Below are positions 17,229 through 26,824 of a stretch of 31,478 nt of DNA, piece by piece. The stretch lies in contig JBNKNM010000046.1 of the NCBI GenBank assembly GCA_050293845.1, forward strand, positions 1-31,478, written 5' to 3'. This stretch comes from Pseudobacteriovorax sp. (GTDB lineage Bacteria > Bdellovibrionota_B > Oligoflexia > Oligoflexales > Oligoflexaceae). Position 1 is the stretch's first letter. Each line of letters starts with the position of its first letter. The position numbers were made by a program, and so were the translations under genes. The notes beneath the pieces are model-generated. The model was not told the origin of the DNA. It did no database searches and worked only from the letters and a program-made list of their open reading frames with translations.

Positions 17229-17996
17229 CTAACCCTGCTCAGCAAGCTTAGTTGCCTTTGCTATCATGGAACCAAATTGCTCTGGATCCAAAGAGGCTCC
17301 CCCTATCAGGGCACCGTCAATATCCTTTTTTTGGAGTAACCCACCAATGTTATCAGGTTTAACACTACCACCGTATAGAATTTTAATGTCACGAGCGCGA
17401 CCCCCCAGCCTTTCCTGGAGCAACATACGAATGAAGCTATGGACTTCCTGAGCTTGTTCATTGCTAGCGGTCAGTCCAGTTCCAATAGCCCAAATGGGCT
17501 CATAGGCAATGATAAATACGGTCTCTTGATCAATGTTAGCAATGATACCTTCAAGCTGATTACGAATGAGATCTTGCGTAACTCCAGCCGCCCTCTGCTC
17601 TTGAGTTTCCCCACAACAAACTATGGGGATTACCTGATGAGCCAGGCAAGCTTGAAATTTTCGCAGCACCGTTTCATCTGTTTCGCCAAAATACTGTCTC
17701 CGCTCACTATGGCCTATCAACGTCCACTCCACGCCGAGATCCTTCAGCATAGGAATAGAAATTTCTCCTGTAAAAGCCCCCTTTTCCTGCCAATGAATAT
17801 TCTGAGCAGCTAAACTGATATTGAGTTCCTTTGTAACCTTTGCTGCCAGGGCCAGGTGAGTGCTGGGCATAGCAAGGGTCACTCCTACAAGTTCTTGGTC
17901 CCAGGAGTATCCCTGGGAAAGATTTTTACAGTATTCTACCGCCTGAGATGGAAGAAGGTTCATCTTCCAGTTTCCAGCAATTAAAAACTTATTCAT
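17229..17996 (-). CDS. tpiA: Triosephosphate isomerase
   Basis: IAGNWKMN, GAFTGEIS, GHSERR, AYEPIWAIGTG, LYGGSV, DGALIGGASL. Confidence 0.98.
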   Translation of the reverse strand: MNKFLIAGNWKMNLLPSQAVEYCKNLSQGYSWDQELVGVTLAMPSTHLALAAKVTKELNISLAAQNIHWQEKGAFTGEISIPMLKDLGVEWTLIGHSERRQYFGETDETVLRKFQACLAHQVIPIVCCGETQEQRAAGVTQDLIRNQLEGIIANIDQETVFIIAYEPIWAIGTGLTASNEQAQEVHSFIRMLLQERLGGRARDIKILYGGSVKPDNIGGLLQKKDIDGALIGGASLDPEQFGSMIAKATKLAEQG

Positions 17997-18004
17997 GCTC
18001 TATC

Positions 18005-19192
18005 CTATATGGTTAAGACTTTGATACCAGGCAGCACTTTTCCTTCTAAAAACTCTAAGGAAGCCCCTCCTCCTGTAGAAACATGGCTGACCTTATCAGC
18101 AAGTCCCGCCTTGTTTATAGCGGCCACAGAATCTCCGCCGCCAATGACTGTGAATCCTGGGCATGCAGCAACCGACTTGGCTACTGACATGGTTCCACGA
18201 GCAAAAGACTCCCATTCAAATACACCCATAGGTCCGTTCCAGAGAATGGTTTTGGCATTAGCAATGGCATTGGAGAAGGATGTAATCGTTTTAGGGCCAA
18301 TATCAAGCCCCATAAAACCGTCAGCGATGTTAGCGCCATCAGTTTGACTTGCTACTGCATTCTCTTGAAACTCGCTGGCTACGATATGGTCCTGGGGTAA
18401 CAATATATCAACTTTACGGGATTCCGCATTGCGATATATGGACTCAACCAGGTCAATTTTGTCATCTTCGACCCGAGAATTACCAACGCTATGGCCATTG
18501 AACTTCAAAAAGGTATATGCCATGGCGCCACCGATGATAAGGGTATTGCAATTATTCAAAAGACTGAGAGTAACCCCCATTTTATCCGAAACCTTAGCGC
18601 CACCTACGATAGCAATAAAAGGTGACTGAGGTGACTTTTGAATTTGGGATAGCACTTCAGTTTCTTTCTGGATGAGAAAGCCAGCAGCCCGCTGCGAAGG
18701 CAGCATCAGCTCAGGACACCCCACAACACTGGCGTGAGCCCTGTGTACGGCACCAAACGCATCATTTACGTAGAAATCAAAGCCCGAAGCTAGAGTTTGA
18801 GCAAAGTCTCGGTTATTCTCTGTTTCCCTTTTATCAAAGCGCAGGTTTTCTAACAAAATAATCTGATTCTTATTGATTTGATTTAGGACCTGCTCTACTG
18901 GCTCATCTAGATAGTCTTTAATAAATAAGACTTCACGATCTAAAAGTTCGGCCAAATGGACACCAACAGGATCTAAGCTGTACTCTGGTTTTACACTCCC
19001 CTTTGGCCTACCTAAGTGCGACATTATTACTAGATTATGAGTCTTTTCCAAAATATGACGAATGGTCGGTAGTGCTGCGCGAATACGCGTATCATCTGTG
19101 ATGATTCCATTGTGGATGGGTACATTAAGGTCCAATCTTAACAGGACTTTTTTTTGATCCAAGTCTAATTCTTGAAGTTTTCTTAGTGGCAT
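18005..19192 (-). CDS. pgk: Phosphoglycerate kinase
   Basis: RLDLNVP, SHLGRP, LLENLRF, VNDAFGAVHRAHAS, GGAKVSDK, WNGPMGVFE, GGGDS, HVSTGGGASLEFLEGK. Confidence 0.98.
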   Translation of the reverse strand: MPLRKLQELDLDQKKVLLRLDLNVPIHNGIITDDTRIRAALPTIRHILEKTHNLVIMSHLGRPKGSVKPEYSLDPVGVHLAELLDREVLFIKDYLDEPVEQVLNQINKNQIILLENLRFDKRETENNRDFAQTLASGFDFYVNDAFGAVHRAHASVVGCPELMLPSQRAAGFLIQKETEVLSQIQKSPQSPFIAIVGGAKVSDKMGVTLSLLNNCNTLIIGGAMAYTFLKFNGHSVGNSRVEDDKIDLVESIYRNAESRKVDILLPQDHIVASEFQENAVASQTDGANIADGFMGLDIGPKTITSFSNAIANAKTILWNGPMGVFEWESFARGTMSVAKSVAACPGFTVIGGGDSVAAINKAGLADKVSHVSTGGGASLEFLEGKVLPGIKVLTI

Positions 19193-19220
19193 GGTCCTTT
19201 TTTCCTATCATCGACAGCAG

Positions 19221-19249
19221 TTGCTAGTATGGTAAATTGCGTTTAAAAT
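19221..19249 (+). promoter_or_regulatory. Putative sigma70 promoter of gshB
   Basis: TTGCTA-17 nt-TAAAAT in the divergent pgk/gshB gap. Confidence 0.5.
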
Positions 19250-19277
19250 CGGCCAGCAAACTACTTTGGGAAATGTT

Positions 19278-20243
19278 ATGGCACATCTTAGACACCTCTT
19301 TGTAATGGATTCTGCTGAAAATCTAAACCTCAAACTTGATTCTTCACTCAGGCTCGCTCAGGCTTTAATACTTGCTGGTCATGAATGCTATATGACAACG
19401 ATAGATGGGATAAGTTGGTCCTATTCTGATAAACAGCAAAGCCTACAGATATTGGCTCAACAATTATTAGGTAGTACAGTGGATACACCCACAATAGGGA
19501 ACTCCCTCACTCTAAATGCCGCTACGATCGATGCGGTCTATATGCGTAAAGACCCCCCTTTCGATATGAGCTACTTAAGTTGTACCTGGCTGCTTTCAGC
19601 ATTATCTTCCCATGCGAAGGTCTACAATAACCCTCAAGCCATCCGTGACAAAAATGAAAAGTTGATTATTCTAGACTATCCCCAATATATTCAGCCAGCC
19701 CTGGTGAGTACTCGTTCCCAAAATATTCTCGATTTTATTAAGTCTCACTGTGCTGGGGATGCCATCATCAAACCCCTAGATCTTTTTGGAGGCAGAGGTG
19801 TAGAAAGGGTTACCCTAGATGATATGACCGCTAACAACGCCATGGATAAAATTAATAATTTAACCGATAATCAGCGCAGCTTAAGGATCATACAGCCCTT
19901 TGACAAATCAATTCATAAGGGCGAAGTCCGGGTTTTTACTGCTGGAGGAAAGATTATTTCATGGTGCTTAAAGGTTCCCGCTTCAGGGGAATACCTTGCC
20001 AACACCAGAATGGGTGCCAAGATTCTTGCATATCAGCCAAGCCCATCGGAGGTTAACATGATATTAGATGTATCTCAGGACTTGCTCAAAAAGGGTATTT
20101 TTTTAGTAGGATATGATCTTATAGGTGGGAAAATTTCTGAAATCAATATTACTAGCCCACGGCTGTTATTACCAAATAATATCGATAGCAGCCCCTACTA
20201 CAAATCCATAGCATCAATCTTGACCCAGGATCTCATCCATTAA
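19278..20243 (+). CDS. gshB: Glutathione synthetase (ATP-grasp)
   Basis: LFVMD, DSS, MRKDPPFDMSYL..TWLL, NNPQAIRDKNEKL, KPLDLFGGRGV, GYDLIG..ISEINITSP. Confidence 0.85.
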   Translation: MAHLRHLFVMDSAENLNLKLDSSLRLAQALILAGHECYMTTIDGISWSYSDKQQSLQILAQQLLGSTVDTPTIGNSLTLNAATIDAVYMRKDPPFDMSYLSCTWLLSALSSHAKVYNNPQAIRDKNEKLIILDYPQYIQPALVSTRSQNILDFIKSHCAGDAIIKPLDLFGGRGVERVTLDDMTANNAMDKINNLTDNQRSLRIIQPFDKSIHKGEVRVFTAGGKIISWCLKVPASGEYLANTRMGAKILAYQPSPSEVNMILDVSQDLLKKGIFLVGYDLIGGKISEINITSPRLLLPNNIDSSPYYKSIASILTQDLIH

Positions 20244-20266
20244 GTTTTTTTTTCAATCTCCGACGT
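20240..20266 (+). promoter_or_regulatory. Putative sigma28 promoter of the 91-aa ORF
   Basis: TTAA-N15-TCCGACGT (weaker -10 match). Confidence 0.35.
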
Positions 20267-20287
20267 TTAACTAAGCAAGGAGATTGT

Positions 20288-20563
20288 ATGAATCCTAAAT
20301 ACTACCTAGCACTTTTAGCGGTAATACATACTATGCCTTTATGGGGTAAAGATAATAAATACATTCTTTTCACCCCTAACAAGGGCCGTATTCGCTCAAA
20401 ACTTGTCTTGCCAGAAACGACAAAAACAGCTTTCCAGCAGCCTAATTACTTCGAAGTTATTGATGGCAACCCCCTGATCAAGATCTGGATCGAGCAAGAA
20501 TTAGCTGAAGAGACGTTTACAAAAGCAAACTCAGATCAAGACAACGAAAAGGGAGATAAATAA
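20288..20563 (+). CDS. Small hypothetical exported protein (91 aa)
   Basis: AAGGAG RBS, N-terminal signal-like stretch, fills the intergenic gap. Confidence 0.6.
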   Translation: MNPKYYLALLAVIHTMPLWGKDNKYILFTPNKGRIRSKLVLPETTKTAFQQPNYFEVIDGNPLIKIWIEQELAEETFTKANSDQDNEKGDK

Positions 20564-20588
20564 TTACTTTCACTTACCTTAGTAGGGG

Positions 20589-20615
20589 TAAAGTATTCAC
20601 CACTTAAACCGAAAA
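20589..20615 (+). promoter_or_regulatory. Putative sigma28 promoter of the LysM lipoprotein
   Basis: TAAA-N15-ACCGAAAA. Confidence 0.6.
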
Positions 20616-20659
20616 CAGGCCAATCATATTGCAACATATTTTTTAGGAGAACGACCATA

Positions 20660-21520
20660 ATGCTATTTAAGGAACTTTACATAGGCATCGCTATGACATT
20701 CACAGTTAGTATGATTTCTTGTGCTACCGACGATTACGAACAAATGGATGAAGAAATCGCCGAAGAATACGATCAAGAAGAAGTGGTCCAAGAAGATACT
20801 GAGGACGCCCCCGTTTCAGAGTCCAGTACTGAAATGGATTCGTCCAACAACTCGTTTTCCGGCGATAACAGTATGGAAACCATTATGCAAGAACCTGTCA
20901 ACGAAGGGTCTTCGGAGGCCCTTGCCGCTGAGCTTGATAAACTATCAGCTCCCGCAACAACTATGGAAGCCGATTCTATGGTAAATACCGTCGCAGAAAA
21001 TCCACCTTCATCTCCTACCGAAGAATATGACACTGAAGAATATGGGACCACCACCAGCTCTGACATGCCAAGCACTCCTCCAGCACCAGCCCAAATCGAT
21101 GCTGAGCAAGCCGAATATATCGTTCAACCAGGTGATACCTTGGGAAGAATAGCAGCAGTAGTGTATGGTTCTTATGGCCGATGGACCGAGCTCGCAACTG
21201 ACAATGGCATCCTTGATCCCGGACTGATATTCCCTGGGGACATTGTAAGATATCGTGTAGAAGATCGATCCCAGAACTTTCGAGACGCTTACAGCTCTGT
21301 GGAACAAGAAGTTATTATGGTACAGAAAGGTGATACCCTAACTGTAATAGCAGAAAGGCTATTCGGCCGTCGCGATTATTGGAAACCTATGTGGCACTTA
21401 AACCGCGACTTAATACCTAATCCTCATCAAATCAAAGAGGGACAAATCCTAAAGTATGTGGACCCTAAAAAGATGGCACAAGTTCTTACTGAGAAAGGAT
21501 TCTCTAGTTATGCTCATTAA
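20660..21520 (+). CDS. Lipoprotein with an acidic disordered linker and two LysM domains
   Basis: Lipobox MISC; about 130 aa D/E/S/T/P-rich region; YIVQPGDTLGRIA...LIFPGD and VQKGDTLTVIA...NPHQIKEGQ. AGGAG RBS. Confidence 0.85.
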   Translation: MLFKELYIGIAMTFTVSMISCATDDYEQMDEEIAEEYDQEEVVQEDTEDAPVSESSTEMDSSNNSFSGDNSMETIMQEPVNEGSSEALAAELDKLSAPATTMEADSMVNTVAENPPSSPTEEYDTEEYGTTTSSDMPSTPPAPAQIDAEQAEYIVQPGDTLGRIAAVVYGSYGRWTELATDNGILDPGLIFPGDIVRYRVEDRSQNFRDAYSSVEQEVIMVQKGDTLTVIAERLFGRRDYWKPMWHLNRDLIPNPHQIKEGQILKYVDPKKMAQVLTEKGFSSYAH

Positions 21521-21561
21521 AAATATTACCGTTTAGTATTGCATATGGTTAGTTTCTCCTT

Positions 21562-21599
21562 TCCCTGGCTGGTTGCATCGCCAGGGATGTTTCTGTTTT
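21562..21599 (+). terminator. Intrinsic terminator after the LysM gene
   Basis: TCCCTGGC/GCCAGGGA 8-bp stem followed by TGTTTCTGTTTT. Confidence 0.65.
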
Positions 21600-21656
21600 C
21601 CAATAAGGTTTCAAACATCGATCTTTACTATAGAAATTCCCAAGATCTTTTTTTCT

Positions 21657-21684
21657 TCAAGGCTTAAAATACTCCCGTCGATAA
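21657..21684 (+). promoter_or_regulatory. Putative sigma28 promoter of the matrixin gene
   Basis: TCAAG-N15-GTCGATAA. Confidence 0.55.
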
Positions 21685-21716
21685 GCCTTAGGTCACCCGA
21701 TTTGAGAGGAAAATTC

Positions 21717-22595
21717 ATGGCAAAGAATCTTACCTTTTTAGACCTGAAGTATGTTTCAGGTGTTATCGGTATCATAGCTGTTTTTGGTGGCTTCGTAGCA
21801 TGTGGAAGTCAGCTCTATCAGGTATCAGTTAAAGAAGATTTCGAACCCTCTTCCTCAGTCTCCCGTAACCCTGAAATGGAAGACCCCAATTCAACACTTT
21901 ACGGCATCCATGCTCCAGAAGGTTGGGTTAACATTCCTGTTACTTTTCAATTTGGCAAGGATTTGAATCACGATCAGAAAGTTCAATTTCTCACAGCCAT
22001 AAAAACCTGGGAGTGGGCTGTTGGAAAGCAGCTTTTTGTTTATGCAGGGACTCATCCCCTTACTGGTGATAATTTTGAAGACCTTTACTCCTCCCTTTCT
22101 GACACTGTCAATGGCCAGTACCTTGACGACAATTGGACCAAAACCAAGAAACCAAGCTACGTCTTAGCAACAACAATTTGGAATAACTATTCTGACTACA
22201 ATAAAATAGCCAAGGCCGATATACGTTTTAATCAGCAACACTATGTCATTGGTAACAGTCTTTATGTAAAGTCAGAAGAGGATCGCGATGTGGTTGACAT
22301 GCAATCCTTGGCTCTCCACGAGTTAGGCCATTTCTTAGGGCTAGCTCATATCGATGTGAACGTAGATTCCCTATCCATCATGAATCCATCGCTTTTCATT
22401 GGAGAAGGTTTAACTTCAAGACGATTGTCACGCGCAGATATTGAAAGGATACAACTGATTTATGGATGTGAAGGTAAAGCTTGTGATATCAATGCTTTAA
22501 TTGATGAATCTGAAACACGTTATCAAGAAGAAGACTTTGAGAAGGCAGCCAAGCTGTGGCTTGAATCTGCTGAGCCAACCTATTCCATTAACTGA
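21717..22595 (+). CDS. Matrixin-like (metzincin) zinc metalloprotease lipoprotein
   Basis: HELGHFLGLAH (HExxHxxGxxH), Met-turn SIMNP, ADIRFN, lipobox FVAC. ATG 21717 after GAGAGGA. Confidence 0.85.
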   Translation: MAKNLTFLDLKYVSGVIGIIAVFGGFVACGSQLYQVSVKEDFEPSSSVSRNPEMEDPNSTLYGIHAPEGWVNIPVTFQFGKDLNHDQKVQFLTAIKTWEWAVGKQLFVYAGTHPLTGDNFEDLYSSLSDTVNGQYLDDNWTKTKKPSYVLATTIWNNYSDYNKIAKADIRFNQQHYVIGNSLYVKSEEDRDVVDMQSLALHELGHFLGLAHIDVNVDSLSIMNPSLFIGEGLTSRRLSRADIERIQLIYGCEGKACDINALIDESETRYQEEDFEKAAKLWLESAEPTYSIN

Positions 22596-22601
22596 CAGAT
22601 C

Positions 22602-22621
22602 GGGAAAAGCCAACTTTTCCT
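22602..22621 (+). terminator. Hairpin after the matrixin gene
   Basis: GGGAAAAG-CCAA-CTTTTCCT. Confidence 0.4.
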
Positions 22622-22757
22622 CCTGAAACTTTCCCACCAAAAGCAAGTTACTTTTTTGCTGAGAAGCCCTTCCAAAAAATCGTCGACGCCAAGGCTAGGA
22701 AGCAATATAGTCTGAATGCTAACAGGAAAGATTATTTGACATATAGGGATATCTGTC

Positions 22758-25415
22758 ATGATTAATATTGACGCAGTTTACAATCCAAAAAGCTATGAAA
22801 CCAAGTGGTATCAGTTCTGGCACGAGAACAATTTGATGAGCGCTACAAAAGACAGTGACAAAACTCCTTATACGATCCTCATGCCCCCACCTAACGTGAC
22901 CTCCCAACTCCATATGGGCCATGGTTTAGGCTACACCATTCAAGATCTCTTGATCCGCTGGAAGCGTATGAAAGGCTTTAATGCCTGCTGGCTTCCAGGA
23001 ACGGATCACGCGGGTATTGCCACGCAGATGATGGTTGAAAAAGATCTGCAAAAAGAGGGACTTGATAGAAAATCCCTAGGCCGAGATCAGTTTGTACAGC
23101 GGCTGCAAGACTGGAAGAAGCAATATGGAGGTATGATTTTACAACAGTTTAAGAGCATGGGATTTTCCTGCGATTGGAACCGCCTCGCCTATACAATGGA
23201 TCCACAGCTGTCCGCAGCTGTTCGGTATGTATTTGTCAACCTGTATCGGGAAGGGTTAATTTACCGCGGCGAGCGCCTTGTCAATTGGGATACTGTACTC
23301 CAAACTGCTGTTTCAGATGACGAAGTGGAAAATAAAGAAGTCAACGGTCATATTTGGTACTTTCGTTATCCTGTGGCAAATTCAAGCGAATACATTCCCA
23401 TCGCCACCACTAGACCTGAAACCATGTTAGGCGACTCCGCTGTTGCTGTGAACCCAGAAGATGAAAGGTATCAGCATTTGATTGGCAAGCAAGTGCGACT
23501 GCCTTTTGTAGACCGCCTGGTACCGATTATAGCCGACAATTATGTTAAAAGTGAGTTTGGAACAGGTGCTGTCAAAATCACCCCGGCTCATGACCCTAAT
23601 GATTTTGAAATGGGGAAACGTCACAAGCTCGCCTTCCATGCCATCCTCAATGATGATGGCACCATCAAAATGGATCAACCAGAAAGATTTCGAGGGCTTG
23701 ACCGTTTTATCGCACGCAAGGAAATAGTCAAAGCTCTCAAGGAGCTTGATCTGTTTGACCAAGAAAAATCTTACAAACATGTTGTGCCTCACTCGGAGCG
23801 TAGTAAGACCGTGATTGAACCGAAGCTATCTCTCCAGTGGTACGTTAAAATGAAAGGCCTTGCCGAACCTGCTGCAGCCGCAGCCCGCAGCGATGATCTC
23901 AAGTTTTATCCAGAAAGCTGGAAAAAAACTTACCTCTTCTGGCTCGATAATATTCAGGATTGGTGCATATCTCGGCAGTTATGGTGGGGTCACCGGATTC
24001 CTATCTGGTACTGTCAGTCTTGTGGAGGCATGAGTACTGGCATTGAAGACCCGAAGTCCTGTGAGCATTGTCAATCTGAGGATATCGAGCAGGACGAAGA
24101 TGTCTTAGACACCTGGTTTAGCTCCTGGTTATGGCCTCTGAGCCCCTTTGGTTGGCCGAACTCCAAAAGAGCCCCAGAACTAGACTATTTCAATCCAACC
24201 GACGTATTAGTGACGGCACCAGATATTATCTTTCTCTGGGTTGCACGCATGGTGATGGTAAACCTTAAGTTTAAAAACCGTTTACCTTTTAAAAACGTCT
24301 ATTTTAACGCCACTGTTACGGACAAGAAGGGGCGTAAGTTCAGCAAAACCCTGGGCAATGGTATAGACCCTTTAGAAGTCATCGATCGGTACGGTGCTGA
24401 TGCCGTACGATACACTGCCATTAGTCTAGCTCCCCTAGGCGGTAGAGTTCCTATGGAAGCATCTGATTTTGAAAATGGAGCCCGCTTCATCAACAAAGTT
24501 TGGAATGCAGCGCGCTTCCTTCTTAAAAACCTTAAGGCTGACGAACCTCTCCCCACAATCAAAACATTATCCCTCGCACGTCCTCAGGTTTGGTTGCTTC
24601 ATGAATGCGACAGGGTTAGTAAAGAGGTAAACCGCTGCTTGGATCAGTATCGTGTGAATGATGCTGTTGAACTTATTTACCACTTTATTTGGGGATCTTT
24701 TTGCGACTGGGGATTGGAGTGTGCAAAACAGGATTTGCAGGGAGATGATCTCCAGACCAAACGCAGCACCTTATCGGTACTGGTATATATTCTAGACGGC
24801 TGCCTGCGCCTCGCCCACCCTATCATGCCCTTTGTCACCGAAGAGTTATGGCAGCAATTACCCCCACATCCCGATTGGGACCGCCCCCAAAGCCTCATCG
24901 TGGCCCGTTATCCAGAGCGGGGACCCCAAACTGATGAAAAAAAGGCCCGGGAATGGGGACAAGTAAAAGATATCATCACCAAAATCAGATCCGCAAGGCA
25001 ACAGTCAGGGATTTCCCCCAAGCAGGAGCTTGCCGTACACATTGTCGCTGGAGAAGATCTTTGCCAGGTTGTGCGGGACTCCACACCTTGGATCAAACGT
25101 CTGGCCCAGGTTTCTGTATTAGAGGCTGGCCCGCAATTGACAAGGCCAGGGCAATCCTTGACACAGATTGGATCAGGGTTTGAGATTTTCATACCGGTCG
25201 CCGACCTCTTAGATGTGGCAAAAGAAAGTAAACGCTTAGCCCAGGATAAATCAAGGCTGGAAAAGGTACTGCTAGGACTGAGTAAAAAGCTCGATAATCA
25301 GAACTTTGTATCGCGAGCCCCTGAAGAGGTCATTACCCAAACCAAGCACCAGTATGAAAACATCGCCCAGCAAATTGAAGGAATCCAGAAGAACTTAGAT
25401 GCGCTCGGCGATTAA
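22758..25415 (+). CDS. valS: Valine--tRNA ligase
   Basis: PPPNVT..LHMGH, GTDHAGIATQ, ATTRPET, GTGAVKITPAHD, DWCISRQLWWGHRIP, DVLDTWFSS, KFSKT (KMSKS loop), C-terminal coiled coil. Confidence 0.98.
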   Translation: MINIDAVYNPKSYETKWYQFWHENNLMSATKDSDKTPYTILMPPPNVTSQLHMGHGLGYTIQDLLIRWKRMKGFNACWLPGTDHAGIATQMMVEKDLQKEGLDRKSLGRDQFVQRLQDWKKQYGGMILQQFKSMGFSCDWNRLAYTMDPQLSAAVRYVFVNLYREGLIYRGERLVNWDTVLQTAVSDDEVENKEVNGHIWYFRYPVANSSEYIPIATTRPETMLGDSAVAVNPEDERYQHLIGKQVRLPFVDRLVPIIADNYVKSEFGTGAVKITPAHDPNDFEMGKRHKLAFHAILNDDGTIKMDQPERFRGLDRFIARKEIVKALKELDLFDQEKSYKHVVPHSERSKTVIEPKLSLQWYVKMKGLAEPAAAAARSDDLKFYPESWKKTYLFWLDNIQDWCISRQLWWGHRIPIWYCQSCGGMSTGIEDPKSCEHCQSEDIEQDEDVLDTWFSSWLWPLSPFGWPNSKRAPELDYFNPTDVLVTAPDIIFLWVARMVMVNLKFKNRLPFKNVYFNATVTDKKGRKFSKTLGNGIDPLEVIDRYGADAVRYTAISLAPLGGRVPMEASDFENGARFINKVWNAARFLLKNLKADEPLPTIKTLSLARPQVWLLHECDRVSKEVNRCLDQYRVNDAVELIYHFIWGSFCDWGLECAKQDLQGDDLQTKRSTLSVLVYILDGCLRLAHPIMPFVTEELWQQLPPHPDWDRPQSLIVARYPERGPQTDEKKAREWGQVKDIITKIRSARQQSGISPKQELAVHIVAGEDLCQVVRDSTPWIKRLAQVSVLEAGPQLTRPGQSLTQIGSGFEIFIPVADLLDVAKESKRLAQDKSRLEKVLLGLSKKLDNQNFVSRAPEEVITQTKHQYENIAQQIEGIQKNLDALGD

Positions 25416-25582
25416 ACACTGATGCGAGCTTCAGACCTTCATCGGCTCTGCTGTTATGGTTATAAAAAAGAAGCGCTACACCGGTCAGCTACAAAAAATG
25501 CTGGCTTCCAAAACCTAGATTCCGATGTTGCCAGCGGAATCCGAATAAACGTTGGCTATTTATATATTGTTTCTGCTCCGGT

Positions 25583-26824
25583 CTAGCAATACTTCAGTAG
25601 AACTGAAGCTAATATCTCTAGCCCTTCAGTAAAAACAGATTGGGGAATGTTTAAGGGGGGGGTCAGTGTGAGACTCTCACCTGTTTTACCGCTCGCTAAA
25701 GCGATGACGCCCTGCTCCCGCAAAAGATTCATAAGCATGGCGCCCGCTCCTTCTTCCTGAAAGGTGATGCCAATCATCAAACCATGGGCTGCAATAGATT
25801 TGACCGCTGGATGCTTGCCAATTTTACTTTGTAATTGAATTTCAGCATAATCACCCAACTCTTTCGCATGCTGGCTTAGGTTTCTGGTGTTGAGAGCTTT
25901 TAGAAAAGCAAGACCGGTCCGACAACTAAAAGGATGACCAAAAAACGTACCCGTATGAATAGACTCGCCTTTATTTTCCGGCCATAGCGAGAAAGCTTGC
26001 TGTGAACCACAGCACGCAGATAGGGGCATGCCTCCTCCTAGGGACTTGCCGAGGCAGATAAGGTCGGCTGAGATGGTAAAGCTACTGGAAATGGTCCCTA
26101 TCCGGCCTAATCCGGTAAATACTTCATCAAACACCAACAGGGCACCATTTTGGGTGCAGAGTTCACGCAGGCCTTGCAACCACGGCAGATCTGACATACG
26201 AATACCAGCACGCCCTTGAATCGGCTCGATAAATACTCCCGCTATTTCGTGCTTGGCAAAAACCTCCTCGATGGTTTTGAAATCAGCTAAATGGCAGAGT
26301 TCCACCACCCTATCCTCTGGCAACCACATGCGGAAAGGGTCTTTAAAATCCCTACGAGAAACTAGGGGGAGTACTCCCAAGTCAAGCCCGTGATAAGAGC
26401 CTTCGAAAACCAGGATTTTCCCTCGCGGCTTATGAAGCAAGCAAGTTTTCAACGCGATTTCGTTAGCTCCAGCCCCAGACAAGGCTAAAGCACCTTTTTC
26501 GATATGATCGGGCAGTAAATCGATCAGATAGCTCAGTAGCTCAATTTTACTATCAGACGGATATACATCGCCCATGGCATGATCGATGGGCGACTGTTCG
26601 ATTTGGTCTTGGCATACCTTTAGAAATTCCGGAGAATTATGGCCAAGTGCTAAGGCTCCAAACCCAGCACATAGATCGATGTATGGTTTGCCATTGGTAT
26701 CGTATACATAGGAACCATGGGCCCGAGAAAACACAAGGGGAGGCTCGGCTAGCCAGTAACTGGCATCTGGAGACTCCACAGATTTTAGCCTGTTCATCCA
26801 CTCACTAGGGCTCTGAAGAGACAT
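25583..26824 (-). CDS. Class-III PLP-dependent aminotransferase (ArgD/GabT-like)
   Basis: GSYVYD.NG..YIDL.AG, SGAGANE.ALK, SYHG, IEPIQG.AG, FDEVFTGLGRIG, DLICLGKSLGGG, HTGTFFGHP. Confidence 0.88.
   Translation of the reverse strand: MSLQSPSEWMNRLKSVESPDASYWLAEPPLVFSRAHGSYVYDTNGKPYIDLCAGFGALALGHNSPEFLKVCQDQIEQSPIDHAMGDVYPSDSKIELLSYLIDLLPDHIEKGALALSGAGANEIALKTCLLHKPRGKILVFEGSYHGLDLGVLPLVSRRDFKDPFRMWLPEDRVVELCHLADFKTIEEVFAKHEIAGVFIEPIQGRAGIRMSDLPWLQGLRELCTQNGALLVFDEVFTGLGRIGTISSSFTISADLICLGKSLGGGMPLSACCGSQQAFSLWPENKGESIHTGTFFGHPFSCRTGLAFLKALNTRNLSQHAKELGDYAEIQLQSKIGKHPAVKSIAAHGLMIGITFQEEGAGAMLMNLLREQGVIALASGKTGESLTLTPPLNIPQSVFTEGLEILASVLLKYC

Noticed and set aside
22596..22757. Possible T-box leader before valS
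   Set aside because: No T-box consensus (GGTGGNACCGCG) or specifier stem.
25422..25586. 54-codon ORF filling the valS/aminotransferase gap, in frame with valS
   Set aside because: No SD and no recognisable motif; TAA read-through is unlikely; the region contains a GATTCCG/CGGAATC hairpin more consistent with a convergent terminator zone.
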